From the NCBI GenBank assembly GCA_032718475.1, contig JAUCBJ010000005.1, positions 1-64,000 on the forward strand: DNA of 64,000 nt. The letters are read 5' to 3'. Made by a program: the position numbers and the translations under genes. Under the pieces are notes generated by a model, which had not been told where the DNA came from, made no database searches, and saw nothing but the letters and a program-made list of their open reading frames with translations. This DNA comes from Nemertoderma westbladi. Its lineage: Eukaryota > Animalia > Xenacoelomorpha. Shown one piece after another: positions 38,999-50,990 of the stretch; positions within the stretch are counted from its first letter, which is position 1; each line of letters starts with the position of its first letter.

Positions 38999-40109
38999 AA
39001 ATAGTCTTGGAAAATCTAGCTCCTGTAGCCAAACAAAAGGTTCATTAAAAATATGACATTTGATGCATATGAAGCCTAACAGGTAGCCTTGGAGGGATAA
39101 CCGGGGATTTTTAAGGATAGTCTCTGTATTTTTTTATAGACTTGAATTTTGATTTCCAAGGAACAGCTTGTCTCTATATTTCGCGTAGTTGTAATCAACT
39201 TTATCCCAATTTCATACAGAAATTTCAAGATATAATTTCTTTATACAAAGATGTGGTTACAGAGGTTTATCAACACATATAATTTTCTTACACTTTATAC
39301 TTGGGTTTCCTGTCGCTATAAAATCTATGCAAATGTACTGTAAGTAGTTTTATTGAACTGTAAATTATATGAGGATCACATAGATAGGTATGTAATAGAT
39401 CTTGGCTGGATATGGATGGATAGAAACTTGGTTTGAATTATTGAAGATCTTGAAAAACTTTCCAGCACATTTTTGAAAAAATATTTGTTAAAATATTAAA
39501 TTCCGAATTTGAATTAATTTAATTAGTTAAAATTAAATAATTGAATTAAAAATTGATAATTTCAAAAAACGGCTCGAGAGTTTGTTTTTAAAAAAATCTC
39601 CCGAAGGGGTACCCCCCCCCCCCCCCTCAATTATTATTACTTTTTTTTGGGGGGGGGGGGGGGGGGGGGTCGTGTTATTGAATTGCTACACATATTCCGG
39701 GATATGGTGTAATAGGTGTCATTTTATTCCTAAAACTACCTTTTTGCAGCTTCAAGAGGTAATTTTCATGAAATAAATTACGTGTAACAACTACATAGTA
39801 TTGCATTGTTTATTCTTGCTTGCTTGCCACAACTGGTTCATCCCATATTACATAAATACTTGTTCTACAATGAATATATCGCGACCATAGAGCTCAGAGC
39901 AATACACGACCAAAAATTATAGTTTCGATAAACATTTGCCTCAGTGTGGATCCAGTATCCTAATTGTTTGCACAGAGGTCTGTGGAGATACAAGAAATAG
40001 GCCTGATATTAAAATATGGGCAACGGCTATCAGAATAGAGAGACGGAACATGTATATTTGTTATTTTCCCGGTTATTTAACCCGCGTCCAGGAAACCCTG
40101 TCCAAGGCA

Positions 40110-40275
40110 GACGCCTCGTAAAAGACACTGGCCTTGAAGATGTGGATGATCTAGCAAATGTCATGGGTGCTGGGAGTTGTGGCGGCGCAATTTTGTCGAC
40201 AAGAAGGCACAGCATTCTTAATGTGATATGTATATAATGCAGCTGCAATGCAGCATGCCGATAGTAGTAGTAGCT
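40110..40275 (+). mobile_element. RTE LINE 3' end, same family as 23925-24090
   Basis: KDTGLEDVDDLANVMG..., gctgcaatgcagcatgccga followed by a (tag)n tail. Confidence 0.8.
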
Positions 40276-40348
40276 GCCCCTGCCACCCCCCCCCCCCCCC
40301 CCCCGCCCGCTGTCATTCCTCATATATTTACTCAATAAATTATCTCAC

Positions 40349-41073
40349 CTGACCGGCCCGGAAGAATATTTTAGTCAATCCGAACTGATATTTATCCTGA
40401 TTCGGGATGAACTCCTGTACGACAGTTTCGCAGAGACTCCGCAATGTCTTACAGGAACGAACTCGCAAAGAATGGAGGAGCAACCGGTAGCGGGAGTTAA
40501 ACTCGCCGTAGGTCCAACGGGATGGGAACCCGGCGGCGCTAATCCGTATCGTTTCTAGAACGCCGCACGCTCGGAGCTGCTGGATGGCGCGTCGAGGTTC
40601 GAACGAGAACGCGGCTTTATCGTCGTTCGGTTTAATACATCGAACATAATGCGGAGTCGTCGCGTTCAACGTCGTCATCAACTTCGATAGACTCTCGCAG
40701 AACTGCGCGCCGACTGTGGGTTTGTGTGACTTGGTTGTGCGCGGGGCGGGACGCATGGGGGTCACGCTCACCTTGTGCCGAGGGGCCGGCTCCCCGTGGA
40801 ACAACCCCGCCACGAACTGGAAGTGACTCGCTCTCAGTATGTTAATGTGTTCGTCCAGCACCGTGTCGCGAGTTTTCTCCATGAATCCCCGGCACTCGTA
40901 TTCGACTCGGTCCGCGAAGTGGCGCACCACGAAACAGTTCCGCGAGAGCCTCGGCGCCTCGAAGTCGGCGTGCGCCGCGAAAGCCTCCCGGAGTTTGGAG
41001 CACCAGTTCTCGTCGGAGCCTTTCGGGAGTTTACACTCCTCGTCAAGTCGCGGTAGAATACCGAGTCGTCCCT
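40349..41073 (-). CDS. Myo5: Myosin V exon: motor domain C-terminal part/converter
   Basis: Acceptor cacttag|AG completes the GAG codon with the previous exon. Translates GRLGILPRLDEECKLPKGSDENW..HFADRVEY..TTPHYVRCIKPND..QLRACGVLETIRISAAGFPSRWTY..YQFGLTKIFFRAGQ. Donor CAG|gtgaga. Confidence 0.95.
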
Positions 41074-41249
41074 CTAAGTGGAAAAATAGAAATCGTTGAT
41101 TAGGAGGTTGGATCTGTATTACTCAGCGCTGTAATGTAAGGGGGCGTTCTGTTCATAAAGTATGTCACGCAATATGGGGGAGGGGGGGTTCACATTAAGT
41201 ATAATCCCTAACATTAGCACCCCCCCCCCCCCCCCACCCCATTCACATC

Positions 41250-41460
41250 TCCTGTAGGTCGTGGATTCGATCCTCACATGGGCCAGGGCAGTTTTCGTTT
41301 CGGCTCGAATGCTTTAAAGGGACCAGCCAGGGCGCATCTCTGCCTTGCATCCTTAAGCGGTAGCTAAATGAGTACTGGAGTTTCCTCTGGGAAGTATAGT
41401 TCTGGGGGGACCGCACTGGAAATAAGTCGTCAGCGTATAATTCATAAGCAATTAATAAGT
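41250..41460 (+). mobile_element. SINE-like fragment (tRNA T-arm/B box followed by body)
   Basis: ggtcgtggattcgatcc B-box-like motif, followed by ccttaagcggtagctaaatgagtac, which resembles conserved SINE central domains. Confidence 0.4.
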
Positions 41461-41519
41461 TCGTTCGCAATTAATAATACAATTAATAAGTCGTGCGTAA
41501 TCCCTGGCCTATCGGCTGA

Positions 41520-42115
41520 AGAAAATTTACTTTTTTATACGTAATTTTATTCTTCAAAGAGCGATATAGAGTTACAAAATAAATTGAACTGTAGTATTTT
41601 ACTATATTACTTCCAGAGTTACTGCTATTGTAATTATTGTACGTTTCAACTCTCGATGTTGCCTCACTCAATGTTAAATAATTTAGCGTTCTCGAATATT
41701 TATTACGTAACTAGAGAGCCGCTTAACAACATAAACCAATATTGGATATTGAGTTCCGTTTTGGAGTTCGCCTTACAGACACTAAAGTTGCATTAACTTT
41801 TGAGTGTGGGAATCGATTTTGCTTAAATTACTTGCAAACCTTTTCTGCGTCGATGCTCTTTCTACACGTGCAATACATTTTAAGGAATTCCACCAGAAAA
41901 TAGTTTCACATGTTCTTAAAAAACATTACTTTTTTCACCGGGAAAAAAGTAAAATCAAGGCAATCCCATGAGTTAACTTTTTCCCCGGGAAAAAAAGTAA
42001 CGAATATGATTGCATTGATTCGACTTTTTTTCCAGGCGAAAAAAGATAACAGGGTTGCAAGTAATTTGAGCAAAATCCATGCACACACTCAAAAGTTATT
42101 GCAACTTTAGTAATT
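41520..42115. repeat. Dispersed repeat with an inverted copy at ~51190-51700
   Basis: Shared gagttccgttttggagttcgcct..acactaaagttg block in opposite orientation. Confidence 0.75.
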
Positions 42116-42214
42116 GAAAGGTACAATTATTATAAACTATCAAGATGTACTCTGTCACAATCATAGCAATGATTTATACAATGACATCAACAACGACTTC
42201 TATAATAACCTTAC

Positions 42215-42557
42215 CAATGAGCTCAATGCAGGTCTGATTGTCGTAGAAATCGATAAAGTTCCATGGGATCTGCTCCTTCGTGTATTCTTCTTGCTCCAAC
42301 TTAAACACGTGCTGCGTAAACTGCTGTTGGAGCTTCTCGTTGGCAAAGTTGATACAGAACTGTTCGAAGGAGTTTACAGCGAATGTCTCGAATCCGTAAA
42401 TATCCAGGACCCCGATGAAATGGTCTTGAGGAGTGCTGGATACCAGGGAGCGGTTGATTTGTACCACGGTCCAGTTGAACATCTGGCTGTATATGTGTTT
42501 GGCAAGTGCATCGCGGGCATTACTGGACTGTAGAGCGGTCATTGGTTTAGTCAGCAC
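42215..42557 (-). CDS. Myo5: Myosin V exon (first recognised in window): motor domain, switch II/relay region
   Basis: Translates [74 protein letters not shown]. Acceptor ttttag|GTG at 42558/42557; donor ATTG|gtaagg (phase 1). Confidence 0.95.
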
Positions 42558-44333
42558 CTAAAATATAATTTTCATCGGTTTAGTTGATTCTCAAAGAAAT
42601 TATAATAAATAATAATGACAAATTCCATAAAGCATTCGATACAATTTGACATAGATAAACTTTCAAATCAAGAAAGTTCTAGCCTATTTTAAACAATTAT
42701 TATTGGTCGTAATATTTCATCACTAAAATATTTTCGCAAGAAAAAATTGTATAGAATAATATTCCCTGTGAATCCTATGACAATAATCTATAAGGTTACT
42801 CACTGCTATGTTAGATGGGAGGCCAGGTAATTGAATTGTAAGCACTGGGCCATTTAAATGGTTTAAAGGTTGATGATAATGAATGAGGAGGGACCCAACT
42901 AACACTACGTTTGTCTATAAGGACGGTCTCCTTACAGCCAGCTGGCTGGCTTTTCTAGTTGAATCATATTATTCCGCAACTAAATAATTTACTCTTTTAG
43001 ACGAATTTGTGCGTTTTTTTTTGCCGGACTAACAAATTTTGGAAACGTTCTGTGCGAGATGGGCGATATTTGAAAAGATTCTGAGGCAAAAATATGTTGC
43101 TCAGATGACTGAAGACTGAATATCTCAAATAAAAAAGTTGGTGCATTCTTGACGAGTTGAAATCGGTGAAATTCGACTTTAATTTTCAAAAACGCTATTT
43201 TTCAGTGACCCCGCAGTGAAACGCCACAAAAAATATACAGTCTTGAGCGCAACCAAAATTTTGGTAGAGTTTGTTATTAAAATTTTTGCGTACCTGTTTG
43301 AGTTTTTGAGATATTGGATGGTTATACATATATACACACACACACACAACCACATCGTGTTTTTAAACGGCTCAACTCTTGACAAAAACTACCCTGGCCT
43401 ATTAATAGGCAGGTTCGTTATGCCATATATAAATGCATAAAACTGAAATTCAAATTGGTAAAATTATAGAAAGTAAATTACGATACGGAAATATAACAAT
43501 ATTGAGAAAAAACAACAACCTATTTTAGTATAGTTACCAGCAAAATAAATAAAGGTATGTTCTAGAATCGCAATCACCTTAAGAAACGTTTATAATAATT
43601 TGAATAGTATCCTGCAGTTATATTAATTAATTAGTACATAGTCCACTAGTTACTAGCTAACATGTGCTATATGCTATACGAGATAACATAACAATGTTCT
43701 AGAAAAAAAAACTAAAAAATATTCCAGAACACTAAAAAAGAACAATACCACAATACGTAGAACTCATAGCTACTAAAAACCACTAGCCATCTGAAAATAT
43801 AAGACCATATGCAATAAAACACTAGCCCGTAATTGTTGCCACTAAAATATGTTATTTATAGCAAGACTGTTTGTAGAAAAAAATATAGTGGCACACGGAA
43901 TCTTAGCCCAAATAATTAGGGGTCGGGGTGCGTTGCAGGTCTTACTGATGCCTCTTAACTTGTAATACTTAACTTTTTATCCTTAACTTTTACCCATAAA
44001 CTTTTTACTCTTACTTTTTACCCATAAACTTTTTACCCTTAACTTTTTACCCTTAACTTTTTACCCTTAACTTTAGCTGTAATAATTATTTCTTCTACAA
44101 AAATATAGTTACATTTTTTGTCCGACTTTTGTTTAAAGTTTATGTTTAATGTTGATAAGAGGTAAGAAAGCATAAGCTTATTGAACCTGTTCACACACAA
44201 TAATATATGTCTGTAGGTAAGATTCACTTAACACCAAATTAATTACACAAATTTTACAACCGAAAATAAAAGAATCAGAAACTAAACTACGCGAAAAATA
44301 GTAAAAAGAGGAACTTTTGAAACAAAACTACAA

Positions 44334-44522
44334 ATTAAAATTTACCCAAACAAAGTGGCCAATCTTATAAAAACAGTAAGACATTAAAATTTACCCAAAC
44401 AAAGTGGCCAATCTTATAAAAACAGTAAGACATTAAAATTTACCCAAACAAAGTGGCCAATCTTATAAAAACAGTAAGACATTAAAATTTACCCAAACAA
44501 AGTGGCCAATCTTATAAAAACA
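44334..44522. repeat. 49-bp tandem repeat, about 4 units
   Basis: Unit attaaaatttacccaaacaaagtggccaatcttataaaaacagtaagac. Confidence 0.9.
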
Positions 44523-45264
44523 ATAATACTTATATATTTAATATTTCAAATCCGCATTTTCGAGGAATTGTTTTCTTTAACATATTCAGTTTTGTATTAG
44601 AAGTTTAACTGAAACGTTAACGGAAATCTCTGTCTAATCAAAAAATACTAGCAACTATATACAATATATAATTGTGAATGAGGATGATATTCCAGAACGT
44701 TAATCAGCTTTTAAACCAAAAATTCGATTAATCTAGCTACTGGATCAAAAGATACGACAACTAAACTTTTTAATGCTAAATTTATTAATAATTACCGACG
44801 TAATTAATTACTGTTCTAGAATAAATAATGAGAAATCAACAGAAGGAACTTCTAGATCGTTGATTAGATAAATATTTTATTATCCGCATTATGTGGGATT
44901 GATTTGATAATTGATATTGTCGCAAATGCGGACATTAAAGACTTTATTGTCCGCAATTTTGCGGGCAATTTTAAAGAAATGTCTTTAAATTAAAATATAT
45001 CTTCCCAAATGTAATACCAGGTTTTTTTTAGATATTTTAGATAACAAATAAAGTAATGCGATTGAAACTAAATGATATGGGGAATGGGCTTCATTTTTTA
45101 CTATAATTCACTATATCAGTACTTGGTAAAATGCGTTATTAAAATACGATAATAAATATTAAAATATTACGGTATTAATAAAATACAGAAACGAAACAAA
45201 GTAGATTGAAAGTTTATACATTGTAGATGCGGATTATTTGTTGTTGATTAACTCAAAACTCGCA

Positions 45265-46752
45265 ATGGGAGAATATAACGCTGTTCGCGAGAGTATTAAT
45301 ATGAATATTGATATGATACGGGGTCAGACAGAAGATCTCTGCGACGAGATGGAGAATAAATTCTCGATGGAAAACTTTAGGGTTCAGGTGCGCCAGATAC
45401 AGCTGGACACGGAAAAGGTAGTCAAGGAAACGACGAAAAAACTGGAGAGCATGGAGGAATTCACACCTAATGACTCAGATGCTCTTCTTGGTGATGTGGA
45501 AGGACTCAGAATAGAATTTGATAGAGTTGTTAAAGATTTTAACGATACTCTAAATTATTGCAAAAATTCTGAACAGGAACAATTGATTGAACAGGAGGAA
45601 ACCGGACGAAAATCTTTTGTTGGAGAACCGGAATGTACACCAGAACTTTCCGATATTGAACCGGAATCTATACCGGAACCTTCCGATATTAAACCGGAAT
45701 CTAGACCGGAACCTTCCGATATTAAACCGGAACCTAGACCGGAACCTTCCGATATTAAACCGGAATCTAGACAGGAACCTTCCGATATTGAACCGCAAAC
45801 TAGACCGCAACCTTACGATATTAAACCGGAATCTAGATTGGAACCTTCCGATATTGAACCGGAATCTATACCGGAACCTTCCGATATTAAACCGGAATCT
45901 AGACCGCAACCTTACGATATTAAACCGGAATCTAGACAGGAACCTTCCGATATTGAACTGCAAACTAGACCGGAATCTAGATTGGAACCTTCCGATATGA
46001 AACCGGAATCTAGACAGGAACCTTCCGATATTGAACCGCAAACTAGACCGGAACATTCCGATATTAAACCGGAATCTAGACCGGAACCTTCCGATATTAA
46101 ACCGGAATCTAGACCGGAACCTTCCGATATTAAACCGGAATCTAGACAGGAACCTTCCGATATTGAACCGCAAACTAGACCGGAACATTCCGATATTAAA
46201 CCGGAATCTAGACCGGAACCTTCCGATATTGAACCGCAAATTAGACCGGAACATTCCGATATTAAACCAGAATCTAGACTGGATCCTTTGTATATAGAAC
46301 TGGAAACTTCGGATGCAGAACCGGATGTTTCGGATGCAGTTAGCAAATTTGAACAATTACATGATAGGAATAATCCCAAACACAAAGACACAACATGTAA
46401 TAGAACTTTTACAATCAAGGAGACATTCAGAAATCCCATATGCGATAGTATTGTAGCATCACATATGCATAAAATTACAAAACAAGATCGATTAAAGGAA
46501 AACAAACGTTTCATTAATGAAATATGTAAAGATGAGGAAGACTGGACCGACATTAGTCTGGATGACGACGAAGTTATTAATCCGCAACCGGTCCGAGTCC
46601 GTGTGAGTAGTGAGGGAGACAAGGGTGTTACTCGGAATAACACTAGATGGAAAATACGGTGTTGCTTCGCAATAATAATATCGTCAATAATTGGCATTGT
46701 TGGAATAGTTGTGGGTTTATTAGTTTGGCATCATTTAAAAAGTACAGCGTAA
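45265..46752 (+). CDS. Intronless tail-anchored protein: syntaxin-7/12-like Habc domain + 11-aa repeat stalk + C-terminal TM, no recognisable SNARE motif
   Basis: ATG in tcgcaATGG context. The first ~110 aa form three amphipathic helices that align by eye to STX7/12 Habc ([10 protein letters not shown] ~ [32 protein letters not shown] ~ [38 protein letters not shown] ~ KDRLVAEFTTSLTNF). C-terminal TM: [32 protein letters not shown] at ~46794. Confidence 0.72.
   Translation: [495 protein letters not shown]
45640..46290 (+). repeat. Coding 33-bp tandem repeat ([11 protein letters not shown]), about 19-20 units
   Basis: Unit ccggaaccttccgatattaaaccggaatctaga; all variants keep the reading frame. 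Confidence 0.9.
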
Positions 46753-48229
46753 TGATAAGATATACATTGCAGACCAAATTTTCTGTATCAGATAATAAAA
46801 AAATAACATGTGGTAGCCCGAACGCCGAACAACATTCGAGTCACAATTCAAGATAAATACTTTTAAATCCTCCATATTAAGCTATTTATTAGTAGAGTTA
46901 GTCTAAATAAGTGATGGTGTCATTCACATGATTCAAATTCTAGAATATATTTACGCCTAATGAAGAAACAAACTGAAGAGTTTTAAATACTCTAACAAAA
47001 TTAATTAAACTTCAGAATATGTAAAAAAATATCAGAAAAGTATGGATATACCCGATAGATTAGATTACAGACATCTATGGTTCACCCATCAGCAGGCACT
47101 AACAATCGATCGGAAAATTATACATCTTGGGAATCTTAGAGAAAAAAGCCTATTTGTGGACTTGAAATAAATTGTTTTGCAGGGAAAAAAGTTAATCTAA
47201 TAATTTAATCAAGTCCAGAACACAGAAAAGCTATAGGAAAAAACATTGGTTTTAGAAAATATAATTAACGTGACATATAAAATGAATTTAATTAATAAAA
47301 AATATTTTCCCAACAAAGACGCAGCCTATTGATAGTCTACGTTTTAGCATGTATGTATATCCGTCAATCAAGGAACTGGTTGGTGGAAGGTTTTCACTTT
47401 CGGACCCGACAAAGACACAGTATGTGTTCTAGAACATATCTGACAAGTTTCAGCTTGAGGTATTTTATAATAGATAATAAGTATTTGTTGTTCTCCTTGT
47501 AAATCGCATTTCCTCGAAATAGTAATAATTATTTATTGCTAAATAATAATAAATACTCGAGATATTTTATTTACCGAGCGTAGGTAAGTCGCTTTAGATC
47601 AATGGGTACAACGAGTCGAAGGGAACAAAACTAGTCAAAGGGTACAACATTGAAGGGTACAACGAGATAAAGGGTTCAAACCAGGCTGGTCTAGGGTTAG
47701 GGTTACATGACAGTTTTAATTAGGGTTGAGGCCGCCACTACTGTAACCAGCGAGTTTCATACAGTATATAATAAATCCATGTTGTTCACTTTGTCCTGTT
47801 GTACCCGTTTTTTGTACTCTTTGACTCGGAATCAGTGTAGGTAAAGAATCGCAGATAGGGTGGGACATCAAACGCCATAAATTCGACCCTCTACAGAGGA
47901 AAGTCGACGAAAATAACAGCTGATTACTCTCAAAAATAAAACTGTAACCTGTTCTATTGACTATCGTTTATAACGTACAGCCGTCACCTGCCCCTTTACC
48001 TAAATTGAAAATTTAACATTGAAGTGAGATATTAATTCGCCGGGATAGGATTTGCGTTCAGTCTCCCTCCCCCCCCGCTCCCCGCTCCCCGCTCCCTGCT
48101 CCCCCCCGCTCCCCATGTCTCAAGAATTATAATAATAAATAAATCTCTTTTTATTCATTCAAGATTGAACATAGTAAAAAATTATGATGACACAATATAT
48201 AAATACACATTATAAAAAACAATAACAAT

Positions 48230-49445
48230 GTACAGTTTTAAATTTAATTAATCTGTAAACGACGGTATGATTTGCATATCTCGGATTGAACCAAACAGTT
48301 GTCATGTACTGCACGAATAACAGCATTTGTCGATGCAGAAACTCTACTAAATAGACTATTTCACTTCATTTCATTTCATTACCGGCTAATGGCCACGGTG
48401 GCTATTATTAATCAAATTATTAAATCTTCAGTAAAATAATAGAATGAGACGCATACAAATCATGCAAGACAATAATAAAATTGAGTAAAATGTTATAACA
48501 TCTGCAATACTATATGAATGCATGCATAGTTAATGGAAAAAATAGTTGCTAATAAGACAAGCTTGGGATATGGACGAGAATGTAGCTAAATACGTATACG
48601 ATTCGTGAATTTCTGCAATTGAGCGATGAGTAAATACTCCGCGCAAGGCATTTCCGGGCGGAAATCGAAAAACTATTTGTATTGAACAGATTATAAGACA
48701 ACTGTAAGGTATGTAGCAGTCCAGACTAAGTCGTAGACCTCATGGCTTGCGATAATTTATGTCTAGTACTTTCACAATGCTATAAATCACGATAGCTGCT
48801 CCATGCAGAATCGTGGGGGTGCAGATCGTTTTCCAAACAAATATCTACTGGTACGTCGTCTACAGCGAGACCCCTCCTGGTGTCAACTCTTGACCGGTTC
48901 ATCCATATTAGTTGTACGAAATGGTCTTATATGTATATTTTTGTCGGACGCTGGGAATGACAGACAGAGGAATTTGCAGTGTTAGAAGATGTAACAGTTT
49001 CGCCGGTCTCAGCTACAATAATGCTCAACTGGTTTTTGACAGGTTGATCTAGAAGTCGCATGTCTGCAGATGACTACTGTAGTTTTGTTTTCGTGAAGGT
49101 AAGAGACATGTTGCGTCATGTGAAATATTTCTGGCAGATTGAAAACATTCCCTTTATATCACTGAAGTTGTTGTCTAGTAACAGAATGTCGTCTGCATAT
49201 CCGATCAGAGGGTAGGCACTATTATTGATGTGTAGCCCTAATTCAGAAGCCACCAACTCCTGCAAAAGGTCTGCCAGGTAGATATTAAATAGTTGTGATG
49301 ATAGGACGCGACCCTGACTTACTCCGCATGGCAGTTTTATCTTTGAGGTTGAAATTAATCCATTAATGACCATCGATGCTGTTGATTGTGTGTAATATGA
49401 GAATAATGTGGTGAGGATTGAATGATTGAGATTTGCAGCAGCTAG
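48230..49445 (-). mobile_element. Degenerate LINE RT fragment
   Basis: GVSQGRVLSSQLFNIYL..IGYADDILL at 49116-49373; downstream region decayed. Confidence 0.7.
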
Positions 49446-49894
49446 CTTATTGAAAATTTGAGTATAGGTGAGCTAAGAGCCTCCTTAATGTTACCCTTGA
49501 ATTTCCCCTTGTAGTCGGATATAGTTGGCCCTTGTAAAGATCAGATACCCACTCCCGGGATTCTGCCGCCACTATGTACTCCGAATATGTAAGGCAAATC
49601 GATGTAAATGCACCACAGAACGGATTCCTAAACGAGCATCTCGCTAGCACTACAGTAGCTACTGAATCCAAACAGCAGAATAATTGTGAGCAAAGTGAAA
49701 ATATGTTCCAAGTAATTTACCATGCAATACGTAGTTTTATTTTTAGATGGATCATTACAAATCTATTTATGTACTAGAACATTTCAATATATACAAATTA
49801 TTAAAAAAAAAAAACGTTCTAGAATAAGAAAAATAGCAAAATCTAGGTATATATCCATATGATTTTTAAAATTAACTCATCTCCCTTAATATAA

Positions 49895-50380
49895 TACTAC
49901 TACTTCTAGGTTAGCAAGCTCGTACAGTTGAAATGAGATCCTTCCAGGCTTGCCGATTCTCCATAGTTGTCGCAATTTCGTTTCTCCTAAGTTCAGTATC
50001 CCTTTCAAGTTGATCTATATATGTTATGGCCGGTCGTCCACGACTACGCTTTCCATGAGTTGGTTGCCAGAGAAGTAGATCTGGTATGACCTCGTCTTTA
50101 CTTCGCAAGCAGTGCCCACTGAATCTTAAACTGCGTTCACGGAGGGTGGTTGATACAGGTGGAATTGTACCATAAAGCTCGGCGTTTGTCATGTGATGTC
50201 TCCAGCTGATGTTTAGGGCTGCCCTTAGTAGTCTTGTGTAGCAACCATCAATTCGTTGTTCAAGTGATTTAGTCAGTGTCCAGGTCTCACCCCCGTATAA
50301 AAGTACACTTTCCACTGTGGCTCGAAAGAACTTAGTCTTCAGGTGCCTGGAAAGATCTGATTTCCAGATGGTATCCATTT
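49895..50380 (-). mobile_element. RTE-clade LINE 3' fragment
   Basis: IWKS.LSR.LK..FFRATVESVLLYG.ETWTLT..RLLR.ALNISW..LRFSGHC..RGRP; (tag)n-like tail. Confidence 0.85.
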
Positions 50381-50439
50381 TTGATAGAGCTACTCATGCC
50401 TTTGCTTTCCTATTCTTTTTTACTACTCTTTAACCATGA

Positions 50440-50990
50440 CCCAAAAAAACAATACAATTACAGAGATTATCCCTTAATACAACACCCAAAATTTTATTTT
50501 ATTTCAATCACATGCTACGAAATTTGGTATGGTTATAGTTCGACAAGTTTTCATACTGCTGGCTACTGTAGATTTTTCAATTTCTCAGCTATTTCGAAAC
50601 AACAGGCCGCTAAAAATCGTCTATTTAAAAAAACATTAGAATTATAGCGAATCACGTCTCAAAATTTATTACACCTTAGTATTTTGATAATGTCTCCGGA
50701 AAATTTTGGTAAAATTGAAAACGGATCAAGATTCGGAATCTTGCAGATGAAGGCAGTTCTCGTGTCGCACACTCCAAAGATGAAAAGTAAAGTTGACGGA
50801 GGTGGCTAAATATTGCTAAAAAATGCGTTTTATAACGGCTTGTTGTATCTAAAGAGCTCAGAAATTGAAAAATACGGCACTGCCAGCAGTACGAAAAGTT
50901 GTCGAACTATCATCATACCAAATTTCGTAGCATGAGTGAAATTAAAAAAAGATTAGATAGTTTGTTGTATTAAGTGAGATGGTGTATATA
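50440..50990. repeat. MITE-like repeat with relatives at ~53440-53580 and ~54040-54395
   Basis: atgctacgaaatttggtatg.. at the left and its reverse complement at the right; ttgtattaa..gagatggtgtata termini. Confidence 0.65.

Noticed and set aside
45550-46697. Antisense and alternative-frame ORFs over the 33-bp repeat
   Set aside because: Shadows of the coding repeat; only the 45265 frame has an ATG, domains and a TM.
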